From assembly GCA_043798995.1 (NCBI GenBank), contig JAZDOD010000009.1, positions 80,015-135,117 of the forward strand: a stretch of DNA of 55,103 nt, in the 5' to 3' direction. The translations under genes and the position numbers were made by a program. The notes below the pieces were generated by a model, which saw nothing but the letters and a program-made list of their open reading frames with translations, was not told the origin of the DNA and made no database searches. Shown here piece by piece: positions 16,742 to 24,734 of the stretch; within the stretch, counting starts at the first letter, position 1, and each line of letters begins with the position of its first letter. This stretch comes from a bacterium (GTDB lineage: Bacteria; Patescibacteriota; Patescibacteriia; JAACEG01; JAGUWE01).

Positions 16742-16880
16742 ATAAAGATTAAGGTTAATTTCTGGCTTTTTGTCTACCAGTAGCGAACGCTGAAGGTCAC
16801 CCCTCCTAACCAGAGGCAAGTAGCACCAAGTTAAGGTTTGCTGATGTATTTTAGCTAAACCTTCACTGGTAGGCAATAAA
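16742..16880 (+). ncRNA. Unassigned structured RNA candidate (strand uncertain)
   Basis: Closing stems CTACCAG/CTGGTAG (16774/16866) and TGAAGGT/ACCTTCA (16791/16859). A mutually exclusive alternative AAGGTTT/AAACCTT exists at 16833/16857. No ORF is present. Confidence 0.3.
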
Positions 16881-16921
16881 TTGGATGTTAATATTAAAAA
16901 TACTAGGGAAAATCTAGTGTT

Positions 16922-17461
16922 TTAGTTTTTTAACAGTTTAATAATTTTTTGGCTTAAAACTTCGAAGAGGTCATTAAGCTGTTTGAACTCGTCTTTTTTA
17001 AAATTTTCTAAAATAAAACATTCGGTCGGAAAATTTAGGCTTTTAATTTTTGGTCCAACACCGATACGCACTCGCCAAAAATTTTTAGTTTTCAGTCGGT
17101 CAATAATTGACTGGACGCCGCGATGACCGGCTGAGCCGCGGTTAAAACTCGTTTTAAATTTGCCTAAAGGCAAATCAATCTCATCGTGGATAATTATTAT
17201 ATTTTCCGGTTTTATTTTGTAATAAGCGCTGATTTTTTTAACTGACTCACCCGAATTATTCATATAATCCTGGGGCAGAGCAACAATAATTTTTTTTTCA
17301 TCTAATTTGGTTTGGCTGATTTTGGCTTGGAAATTTTTATTTTGTTTTACGGCCGGCCAGGTAAAATCTTTCATTATTTTTTCAATTAATAAAAAGCCGA
17401 CATTGTGGCGAGTAAGAGAATATTTTTTGCCAGGATTACCCAAACCAACTAAAAGTTTCAT
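16922..17461 (-). CDS. pth: Peptidyl-tRNA hydrolase
   Basis: MKLLVGLGNPGKKY, TRHNVGF, and GSAGHRGVQSI. Confidence 0.9.
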   Translation of the reverse strand: MKLLVGLGNPGKKYSLTRHNVGFLLIEKIMKDFTWPAVKQNKNFQAKISQTKLDEKKIIVALPQDYMNNSGESVKKISAYYKIKPENIIIIHDEIDLPLGKFKTSFNRGSAGHRGVQSIIDRLKTKNFWRVRIGVGPKIKSLNFPTECFILENFKKDEFKQLNDLFEVLSQKIIKLLKN

Positions 17462-18792
17462 AAAGAAATATTTTTAACTTTAATTTTTATATTCAGACCG
17501 CTTAGATTAATTTTTTTTCTCAAGCGGTTTTCCAAATATTTTAAATAAGAAGTATGAAGAGTATCTCGGGGACCGATAAAAACGGTAAATTCGGGCGGCG
17601 TGATTCTGGTCTGGCGAAAGTCATAGATTTTCGGATGTTTTTTACCCTTGGCGCGAAGCGGTTTATGAAAAAGGCGTGCTTCACGGATGAAACCCTTGAG
17701 CTCTTCTTCCGTCAGGGTTATTTCGTTAGTTTTATAAATCGCAACAGCGGTTTCTAAAATTTTTTGCAGCCCCACTCCGCTTTTGGCCGAAACAAAAAAA
17801 ACCGGCGACCATTTAAGCGGTGCCAATATCGTTTGGGCATAAGCAGTAAAATCATTTCTTGATTTTTGATCAAAATTAGTCAAAAGATCAATTTTATTGA
17901 CAGCTATCAAAGCTGGTTTTTGCGACTTTAAAATTAAATCAGATAGTTTTATATCCTGTTTGGTTATTTTTTGGCTTACATCCAGAAGCAAAATTGCCAT
18001 ATTCGCTTTTTTAAGAGCCCTAAGGCTTTTGTTAATGATGATTTTTTCAATCTGCGTAGTCCATTTTTTAATACCGGCCGTATCAATGATAATAAGCGGA
18101 GTTTGATTGAAAATTATTTCTCGCTCTTGCGGCTCTAAAGTTGTTTGCGGCCGGGGGCTGGTCAAAATTTCCTCACGGCCTAATAATTTATTAAGCAGAC
18201 TTGATTTGCCGACATTGGGCTTGCCAATCAGAGCGATTTTGATTTTTTTTATCTCAGGGGTCGATTTTTTAAATTTAAGGCGGCTAATTATTTTATCCAG
18301 TAAATCGCCACTGCCGCTGCCGTTGGTTGCCGAAACAAAAAAAGGCGAACCAAGCCCTAATTTTTCTAAACCAGCTTCTTTGGCAGTATTTCTTATTCTT
18401 TGGTTGTCAATTTTATTGGCAACAAAAATTATCGGCTTTTGCAAGAGGCGGATTTTTTTTAAAACCGCTCGGTCGTCAGCGGTTATGCCGATCTGGCCAT
18501 CAATTAAAAAAGCAATTAAACTAGCTTTTTTCACTACTGCCAAAGATTGTTGAGCGCTTTTTTCTTCAAGTTCATTTTTTTTAACAATATCAAAACCAGC
18601 CGTGTCAGCCAAAAAAAAGGTTTTGGCGCGCCAAAGGCAAGCGCCGTAATTAACATCGCGAGTGGTGCCGGGAAAGGGAGAAATAATGGCTTTACTTTCT
18701 TCAATCAGTCGGTTAAAAAGCGAAGATTTACCGACATTTTTTCGGCCAACGATGGCAACTAATGGTTCTATTTTTGTGAGGGTTAATGTCAT
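17458..18792 (-). CDS. der: Ribosome-associated GTPase Der (EngA), two G domains + KH-like domain
   Basis: GRKNVGKSSLFN and GKPNVGKSSLLN P-loops; DTAG twice; NKID twice. Confidence 0.9.
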   Translation of the reverse strand: MTLTLTKIEPLVAIVGRKNVGKSSLFNRLIEESKAIISPFPGTTRDVNYGACLWRAKTFFLADTAGFDIVKKNELEEKSAQQSLAVVKKASLIAFLIDGQIGITADDRAVLKKIRLLQKPIIFVANKIDNQRIRNTAKEAGLEKLGLGSPFFVSATNGSGSGDLLDKIISRLKFKKSTPEIKKIKIALIGKPNVGKSSLLNKLLGREEILTSPRPQTTLEPQEREIIFNQTPLIIIDTAGIKKWTTQIEKIIINKSLRALKKANMAILLLDVSQKITKQDIKLSDLILKSQKPALIAVNKIDLLTNFDQKSRNDFTAYAQTILAPLKWSPVFFVSAKSGVGLQKILETAVAIYKTNEITLTEEELKGFIREARLFHKPLRAKGKKHPKIYDFRQTRITPPEFTVFIGPRDTLHTSYLKYLENRLRKKINLSGLNIKIKVKNISL

Positions 18793-18800
18793 TTTAAAAT

Positions 18801-20264
18801 TTATTGATTTCCATTTGCCAAATCACCGCTGGCATTTTGTCCTAAGATAATAACAAAATTAGCGTTGCGGTTGAGATCTAGCGAAGAAACAAGAGGGGAG
18901 TCGGTAGATAAAGAAAAAACATTAATTTCCTCTATTTGACTTTTTTGTTTTAGGAAATTTTTGATTTTTTCTAAATTTTCAATTTCTCGTCCGCTGGTTA
19001 AATCATAAATAGCGGTCTGTAGATAATCTTGGCGCGAAGCATTGCCGATATGAATAATATTAAAATCATTTTTTTCAACTTCGGTGGCGAAACTTGCCGC
19101 TAAACCGTTGATTTTAGTGCCGTTTTGGATTTCAATTGCTATTTTTGGTTCTGAAGCGTTAATTGTGGTTGGCAGCCCTAATTTTTTGTTTGTTGTTGAA
19201 AGCAACCCCCGGGCAATCATCTGTAGTTCTGAAAAATCCCCCCTTTTAGGCAATAAAACATAAGCGCTATTTTCAGTATTGGCAAAAAGCGGCCCATCTG
19301 TACCATTATCTAAAACTTTGTTGGCAATATTTTCCCCTTTAGCGTTTTTGGTTAATTTAGCCAGTTTTATCATTTGCCAGCTTTCAAGATTGGTTTTGAT
19401 ATGCCCGCCTAAATCTTCTAAAATTGCCGAAATTTTGACTGGGTTTAAAATAAAGGAAACGGAAAAAACTTTGTTTTTGACTGCTTCAATAACTTTTTGT
19501 TGGCGCAATCCTCGGGCAAAATCCGAACCCTCACCATTATCACCGTGGCGTGAACGAGCGTATTTTAAGGCCGCGTCGCCGGCCATTTTTTGCCAGCCGG
19601 GGCGGAAAGAAACGGTTTGATATAAATCATTATCAGTTGGATAAGAATTATCGGTAAAACTTCGTTCAACATAAATATCAACTCCGCCCAAATCATCTAT
19701 TACTTTTCTAAAACCTTCAAAATCAGCTCTTATATAATAATGTATAGGCAGATCAAAAACCCCACTGACAGTTTCCGCGGCCAAAATCGGTCCTTGGCCA
19801 CGGCCTTGGGCTTCACCCAAAGCATTGGCGTCATTAATTTTTCGCCAGCCGTGACCAGGTATGGGGACATACAAATCACGAGGAATTGAGAGAAGCGCTA
19901 CTTTAGGAACAGAGGGCTGGATACTGGCAATAATAATTGTGTCTGATAAATTCGGACCATCGTGACCTTGGCCGCCGATTCCTAAAATAAGAATATTAAC
20001 ACGGTCTTTTCCCTCGCCTTTTAATAATTTATCCGAACCTAAAATCAAATATTTCAAATCAACAATCATTTTTATTTCCTCAACCAAATTATTTCGAAAA
20101 GTGGCCTCCGGCCCATTCTTAGAAGCGATCAGCCGGTAAGTAAAAATTCCCAAAAACAAAAAGAAAGTCAAAGCCGAGACAATGACAACCCTGCCGGCCA
20201 GAAGCAGTTTGTTTTGATTTTTTGGTCTTAGGTGTTCAGTTAAGTTTATTTTAAATTTTTCCAT
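18801..20264 (-). CDS. LytR-CpsA-Psr (LCP) family protein with C-terminal LytR_C-like domain
   Basis: N-terminal TM helix; RVNILILGIGGQGHDGPNLSDTIIIASI and SIPRDLYV motifs. Confidence 0.8.
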   Translation of the reverse strand: MEKFKINLTEHLRPKNQNKLLLAGRVVIVSALTFFLFLGIFTYRLIASKNGPEATFRNNLVEEIKMIVDLKYLILGSDKLLKGEGKDRVNILILGIGGQGHDGPNLSDTIIIASIQPSVPKVALLSIPRDLYVPIPGHGWRKINDANALGEAQGRGQGPILAAETVSGVFDLPIHYYIRADFEGFRKVIDDLGGVDIYVERSFTDNSYPTDNDLYQTVSFRPGWQKMAGDAALKYARSRHGDNGEGSDFARGLRQQKVIEAVKNKVFSVSFILNPVKISAILEDLGGHIKTNLESWQMIKLAKLTKNAKGENIANKVLDNGTDGPLFANTENSAYVLLPKRGDFSELQMIARGLLSTTNKKLGLPTTINASEPKIAIEIQNGTKINGLAASFATEVEKNDFNIIHIGNASRQDYLQTAIYDLTSGREIENLEKIKNFLKQKSQIEEINVFSLSTDSPLVSSLDLNRNANFVIILGQNASGDLANGNQ

Positions 20265-20436
20265 AGGGTGTCTAAAAGTATATTACAACAAAAAATTATA
20301 ATTGCCAATTTTTTTAAGGGTTAACAAAGGGTTTAAACCCTTTTTGCTCTTTCTTATTTTTTATGTTAAAATAAATTTTAATAGAGATTAGTTTAAGTTT
20401 ACCATGTTGGTAAGATATCTGACAGCGGCATTTCTT

Positions 20437-20543
20437 TACCCCCACACCCAAAAAGCCCCATTTCTCAAGGCAGGAATGAAGGGTGTGAGAAAAATAAATT
20501 CCATAGAAAAGCCCTGCCATTCATGATGGAGTGTGGGGGTTTA
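20437..20543. repeat. Family C repeat, two tandem units closed by AAACCCCCACAC / GTGTGGGGGTTT
   Basis: Unit 1 is CCCACACCC...GGGTGTGAG (20441-20489). Unit 2 is AAAGCCCTGCCATTCATGATGGAGTGTGGGGG (20507-20539). The region explains the spurious ORF 20314-20520. Confidence 0.7.
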
Positions 20544-20579
20544 CTTTGTGCCAAATTGGGCACATAGCTCAGCTGGTTA

Positions 20580-20623
20580 CCCGCCCGACTCGCTGCAGAC
20601 GCAGTTGCGTCGAAGCGGGCGGG
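20580..20623 (+). repeat. 44-nt hairpin block in the D loop (between positions 21 and 22) of the outer tRNA-Val
   Basis: CCCGCCCG-ACTCGC-TGC-AGAC-GCA-GTTGCGTCGAAG-CGGGCGGG, with an 8-bp perfect closing stem. Confidence 0.8.
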
Positions 20624-20639
20624 GAGCGCTACATTCACA

Positions 20640-20743
20640 CCCGCCTGCCTTGGCCGTTTAGCTCAGCTGGTTAGAGCGCTTCGTTCACATCGAAGAGGTC
20701 GAAGGTTCAAATCCTTCAACGGTCATAGTTTTAGGCGGGCAGG
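20640..20743 (+). repeat. 104-nt family B element in the anticodon loop of the outer tRNA-Val, carrying a complete tRNA
   Basis: CCCGCCTGCC-TT-[tRNA 20652-20725]-TAGTTTTA-GGCGGGCAGG. The termini pair over 10 positions with one C.A mismatch and one U.G wobble. Confidence 0.85.
20652..20725 (+). tRNA. tRNA-Val (anticodon CAC), nested
   Basis: GGCCGTT-TA-GCTC-AGCTGGTTA-GAGC-G-CTTCG-TTCACAT-CGAAG-AGGTC-GAAGG-TTCAAAT-CCTTC-AACGGTC-A. Confidence 0.95.
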
Positions 20744-20761
20744 TTGTAGAGGTCTCTGGTT

Positions 20762-20792
20762 TGACCCTGCGGGTCATCTCCCGTAGGGATGA
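20762..20792 (+). repeat. 31-nt double mini-hairpin block in the T loop (between positions 55 and 56) of the outer tRNA-Val
   Basis: TGACCC-TGC-GGGTCA followed by TCTCCC-GTA-GGGATGA. Removing it restores the T loop TTCAAGT. Confidence 0.7.
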
Positions 20793-20878
20793 CAAGTCCA
20801 GATGTGCCCATAAAGATGTTTGGCACTATTTAAGAATTTCATACTTAAAAGATAAAAATCAAATCAATCTTTAGCTGG

Positions 20879-21466
20879 ATGTCTTTATTTTTTATCAAAA
20901 GCAAAAAAAAACAATTTCCCCGAGGCATTAGCCGCATTGAACTGGTAGTAGTACTGCTGGTAGCTCTTTTTTTCGCTTTTCTTATTAAGATGAGATTTAG
21001 TTATTACCAAGCTAAAGCCATTGATTCAGCCCGGGCTTACAATTTAAATATTATTACCCAGGCCTTGGAATTTTATCATCAGGAAAAAGGTTATTATCCG
21101 CCTTACATTCTAAATTATCCGACCATTTCCTTTGGCCACATTATTAACGGCACCAACGATGTTTTAACCAAGGAATTGGCGCCAAACTATCTTGACAAAT
21201 TAGATCCGAGTCTTTATAATTCGCAAAGTTTTATTTACGGAGCCAAAAGAGAAAATATAACCTTTACGCTTAATTGTCAAGAGGGTTCTTTTAGCTACAC
21301 CGTGCCGACCAACTTTTCTTATTGCGGCTATAATTTGGCTAAATGTTTTGACGGCAAAGATTATTATATTGTATACTGCTTACAGCGTTTGCCGGTTAAA
21401 GATAATACTCATTTAATTGAGAGACATACCGGCAACTGGGTAGTTAGCGAGGAAGTTCAAATTTAA
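20879..21466 (+). CDS. Type IV pilin-like / pseudopilin protein
   Basis: The N-terminus KKQFPRG-ISRIELVVVLLVALFFAFLI resembles the prepilin cleavage/methylation motif (G|xxxxE + hydrophobic helix). It is not a perfect match. Confidence 0.5.
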   Translation: MSLFFIKSKKKQFPRGISRIELVVVLLVALFFAFLIKMRFSYYQAKAIDSARAYNLNIITQALEFYHQEKGYYPPYILNYPTISFGHIINGTNDVLTKELAPNYLDKLDPSLYNSQSFIYGAKRENITFTLNCQEGSFSYTVPTNFSYCGYNLAKCFDGKDYYIVYCLQRLPVKDNTHLIERHTGNWVVSEEVQI

Positions 21467-21477
21467 TTTAAATTCTT

Positions 21478-22080
21478 ATGACCGAAAATCAACCTTCAAA
21501 AAATAATTTAAAATTCTTAAAAACGGCCGCTGGCTTTGCTTTCGAAATTATTAAAGCTTTTGTTATTTCCTTGGCTATTATTTTGCCGATCCGTTATTTT
21601 TTAATTCAGCCCTTTTATGTCCAAGGAGCTTCAATGGAGCCGACTTTTTCCACCCATGATTATTTAATTATTAATGAAATTGAATATCGTTTTGAGGCGC
21701 CTACCCGCGGCGATGTGGTGGTTTTTAAATCGCCTTATAGCCAAAAGGAATATTTTATTAAAAGAATTATCGGCCTGCCCGGAGAAAAAGTGGAAATTAA
21801 AGACGGCCAAATTTATATCTATAATCAAGAGCATCCCCAAGGTTTTGTTTTGCCGGAAGATTATTTGCCCGGTATTCAGACTTATACCGAGGGCAAGCAA
21901 TATAGCCAGCTTCAGATTAAAAATAATGAATATTTTGTTTTGGGCGATAACCGCAATGCCAGTTTAGATTCAAGAAATTTTGGGGCTATACCGCGCCAGA
22001 ATATTATTGGCCGGGCCTGGATTCGCGGTTGGCCATTTACCAAACTTAGTATTTTTAATAAAGTAAATTATAATTATTAA
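21478..22080 (+). CDS. lepB: Signal peptidase I
   Basis: GASMEPTF (Ser), KRIIGLPGE (Lys), and GDNRNASLDSR. Confidence 0.9.
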   Translation: MTENQPSKNNLKFLKTAAGFAFEIIKAFVISLAIILPIRYFLIQPFYVQGASMEPTFSTHDYLIINEIEYRFEAPTRGDVVVFKSPYSQKEYFIKRIIGLPGEKVEIKDGQIYIYNQEHPQGFVLPEDYLPGIQTYTEGKQYSQLQIKNNEYFVLGDNRNASLDSRNFGAIPRQNIIGRAWIRGWPFTKLSIFNKVNYNY

Positions 22081-22173
22081 TGAGTTATGTGAAATAATAA
22101 AAAATTCTTTTCGCCCGTTGGTCAATTTAATCGGGGTAAATTTATTATTATTTTTAACTAACTGCAAAAAATC

Positions 22174-22434
22174 ATGAACAAAAAAATCAACATAGCCTTA
22201 GCGATTGTAATGATAATCCTAATCGCCGGAGCGCTTGGAATTTTTGTCTATTTTGAGAATAGAGATCAATCAATGAATGAATCTATATGTATTCAACAAG
22301 GAGGATTATGGGGACAACATGAAAATTCATGGGACGATGGTCGTTTCGATATGTTTTTTGCTTGTACTTGCCCCCAAGAAAAATCAGATGAAACAAGAGT
22401 TATTCCCGAAGGAAGTCCATCTAATTGCAAATAA
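22174..22434 (+). CDS. Small membrane-anchored Cys-containing hypothetical protein
   Basis: 86 aa with an N-terminal TM helix (IALAIVMIILIAGALGIFVYF). Confidence 0.5.
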   Translation: MNKKINIALAIVMIILIAGALGIFVYFENRDQSMNESICIQQGGLWGQHENSWDDGRFDMFFACTCPQEKSDETRVIPEGSPSNCK

Positions 22435-22469
22435 AAAAAATAAAATTTCCCCGATTAAATAATTTGCTA
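22431..22469 (+). repeat. Left copy of a ~39-nt direct repeat flanking the Bro-N gene
   Basis: ataaaaaaaataaaatttccccgattaaataatttgcta compared with 23331-23369 attaaaaaaataaattttccccgattaaataattcgcta. The two copies lie exactly 900 bp apart. Confidence 0.8.
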
Positions 22470-22500
22470 TTAGTGAGTTTAGAAACTTTATAATGTGTCT

Positions 22501-23343
22501 ATGGAAAAAACCCAAAATCCGAATCATCACATCGCCTTATTTAGGGGAAAAACAATCAGAAAAACCATTTATCAAAAAGAATGGTGGTTTTCGGTTATTG
22601 ACGTTGTTGAAGTGCTCACAGACAGCGTTAATCCTCGTGATTATTGGTATAAAATGAAAATTCGTGTTAAAGACGAGGAAGGATTTGAACCGTCGACAAT
22701 TTGTCGACAGTTGAAATTACTTGCTCCTGACGGTAAAATGCGCGAAACCGATTGCGCTAATACTGAAGGAATGTTTCGTATAATTCAGTCAATTCCTTCG
22801 CCTAAAGCCGAACCCTTAAGGCGTTGGCTGGCGAAAGTCGGCTATGAGCGCGTACAAGAAATCGAAAATCCCGAATTAGCCACCAAGAGAACAAAATTAC
22901 TCTACAAACTCAAGGGTTATCCGGAAGATTGGATTGAAAAACGCATGCGCGGAATTGCTATTCGCGAAGAATTAACCGACGAATGGCAAAAGCGCGACGC
23001 GGAAAATGATAGGGATTACGAAATTTTAACCGCCGAAATATCGCAAGCGACTTTCGGTCTAAAACCTAATGAATATAGAAAACTGAAAGGCCTGAAGCGT
23101 GAAAATCTTCGCGATCATATGGATGATTTTGAGCTGATTTTATCAATGCTCGGCGAAAGAACGACAACTGAAATTCACCGTACCAAAAATTCTCGCGGTG
23201 TGCCGAGATTAAAAGACGATGCCAGAGTCGGTGGACAAATTGCTGGTTCAGCTAGAAAACAGATCGAAAGGCGAATCGGTCGCTCAATAGTTTCAAAAAA
23301 CAATTTCCTTAAAAATAAGGAAATTAAAAAAATTAAAAAATAA
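22501..23343 (+). CDS. Bro-N domain protein (DinD / phage antirepressor-like)
   Basis: FRGKTIRKTIYQKEWWFSVIDVVEVLT...NPRDYWYK resembles the Bro-N DNA-binding module. ATG 22501 is preferred over GTG 22495. The gene is visibly more GC-rich than its neighbours. Confidence 0.6.
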   Translation: MEKTQNPNHHIALFRGKTIRKTIYQKEWWFSVIDVVEVLTDSVNPRDYWYKMKIRVKDEEGFEPSTICRQLKLLAPDGKMRETDCANTEGMFRIIQSIPSPKAEPLRRWLAKVGYERVQEIENPELATKRTKLLYKLKGYPEDWIEKRMRGIAIREELTDEWQKRDAENDRDYEILTAEISQATFGLKPNEYRKLKGLKRENLRDHMDDFELILSMLGERTTTEIHRTKNSRGVPRLKDDARVGGQIAGSARKQIERRIGRSIVSKNNFLKNKEIKKIKK

Positions 23344-23369
23344 ATTTTCCCCGATTAAATAATTCGCTA
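23331..23369 (+). repeat. Right copy of the ~39-nt direct repeat flanking the Bro-N gene
   Basis: See 22431-22469. Like the left copy, it starts at the stop codon of the preceding gene. Confidence 0.8.
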
Positions 23370-23383
23370 ATAAAGTATTTTAT

Positions 23384-24709
23384 ATGGGAAGACGTCCAAA
23401 GCAAGAAAAAAAAGCACCTAAACTTCAAAAAGAAAAAATCAAGACCTTTCAACTGCTTCGCGGTATGAAAGATATTTTGCCCTCGGAGCAAAAATACTGG
23501 CATCAGATCAGAATTTTGGGAGAAAAAATTGCTTATGATTACGGCTTTAAGAGAATTGACTCGCCGATTTTAGAAGAGCTTGGCTTGTTTATCCGTTCAA
23601 TAGGCAAAGAAACTGATATTGTTCAAAAAGAACTTTTTTCTTTTATCGATCAGGGTGGAGATAAAATTGGTTTGCGTCCGGAATTTACCGCCGGCCTTGC
23701 TCGCGCTTATATTGAGCATGGCATGTTCAACTTGCCCCAACCAGTCAAGCTTTATACTAACGGTCCTGTTTTTAGGCACGAGCGGCCCCAAAGCGGCCGC
23801 GCCCGCCAGTTTCATCAATTAAATTTTGAGGTTTTAGGCGATGATCAACCGGTGATTGATGCCCAACTTATTTTATTGGCTTATTCTTTTTTTAAGGAAT
23901 TGGGTTTAGAAACAAAAGTTGAAATTAATAGCATTGGTTGCCCTGAATGCCGCGAGAATTACCGCGAAACCTTGGTTTCTTATCTTCGCTCAAAAAGAAG
24001 CCAGCTTTGTGAAACTTGTAAAAAAAGAATAAGCCATAATCCTTTGAGGGTTTTTGATTGCAAAGAACAAAAATGCCAGTCGGTTAAGGAAGAAGCGCCG
24101 CAAATCATTGATTGGCTCTGCGATGATTGTAAAAATCATTTTATGAGAGTGCTGGAATATTTGGATGAGTTAGAAGTGCTTTATGAGCCCAATCCTTATT
24201 TAGTCCGAGGTTTAGATTATTATACTCGTACTGTTTTTGAAGTTTTTACCAAAAATAGCATTAATAAATCAGCTCAGGAATCAATTGCGGCCGGCGGGCG
24301 TTATGACAATTTAATTGAATTTTTAGGCGGCCGACCAACCCCGGCTTCTGGCATGGCTATTGGCATTGAACGGTCTATTTTAAAAATGAAAGAAGCAAAA
24401 GTCGAACCGGCTGAGGTACCGGCGCCGCAAATTTTTTTAGCCCAGCTTGGCGAAAAAGCTAAAATAAAAGCCCTTTCTTTATTTGAGGCCTTGCGGCGAG
24501 AAGGTATTCCGGTAACTGAGAATTTATCCAAAAGCAGTTTGCGGGCGCAGCTGGACATCGCCAATAAATTAGGCGTTAAGCTGACCCTGATTTTAGGCCA
24601 AAAAGAGGTTTCTGACGGTATGATTTTAATCCGCGATATGGAAAGCGGTATTCAGGAAGAAGTGGATTATAATAAAGTTATCAAGGAAATTAAGAAAAAA
24701 ATATTATAA
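23384..24709 (+). CDS. hisS: Histidine--tRNA ligase
   Basis: LRPEFTAGLARAY, FRHERPQSGRARQFHQ (motif 2), GGRYDNL (motif 3), and an anticodon-binding C-terminus. Confidence 0.9.
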   Translation: MGRRPKQEKKAPKLQKEKIKTFQLLRGMKDILPSEQKYWHQIRILGEKIAYDYGFKRIDSPILEELGLFIRSIGKETDIVQKELFSFIDQGGDKIGLRPEFTAGLARAYIEHGMFNLPQPVKLYTNGPVFRHERPQSGRARQFHQLNFEVLGDDQPVIDAQLILLAYSFFKELGLETKVEINSIGCPECRENYRETLVSYLRSKRSQLCETCKKRISHNPLRVFDCKEQKCQSVKEEAPQIIDWLCDDCKNHFMRVLEYLDELEVLYEPNPYLVRGLDYYTRTVFEVFTKNSINKSAQESIAAGGRYDNLIEFLGGRPTPASGMAIGIERSILKMKEAKVEPAEVPAPQIFLAQLGEKAKIKALSLFEALRREGIPVTENLSKSSLRAQLDIANKLGVKLTLILGQKEVSDGMILIRDMESGIQEEVDYNKVIKEIKKKIL

Positions 24710-24734
24710 TTTAATTAATAAAAATTTATTTTTT

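Larger units (their letters stand above)
20558..20810 (+). tRNA. tRNA-Val(CAC)-like gene interrupted by three GC-rich hairpin blocks (D loop, anticodon loop, T loop)
   Basis: Exonic parts: GGGCACA TA GCTC AGCTGGTTA | GAGC G CTACA TTCACA | T TGTAG AGGTC TCTGG TT | CAAGT CCAGA TGTGCCC A. Joined, they give a 74-nt cloverleaf with perfect stems and all invariant positions. Whether the gene is functional is unknown. Confidence 0.6.

Noticed and set aside
16771-16875. SRP (4.5S) RNA, based on the long hairpin shape and AGGTCA...AGCACCAAG resembling domain IV.
   Set aside because: The GNRA tetraloop and the conserved symmetric-loop nucleotides are missing, and the apical region folds into two hairpins instead of one. 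It is kept only as an unassigned ncRNA candidate.
20314-20520. 68-codon ORF upstream of the tRNA-Val locus.
   Set aside because: It is made almost entirely of the family C repeat (CCCACACCC.../...GTGTGGGGG). The equivalent repeat copies elsewhere are not in conserved frames.
20640-20743. Group I intron in the tRNA anticodon loop, which is the known bacterial case.
   Set aside because: It is only 104 nt, of which 74 nt form an ordinary tRNA. No P3-P9 core is possible. The D-loop and T-loop blocks (44 and 31 nt) are also far too small.
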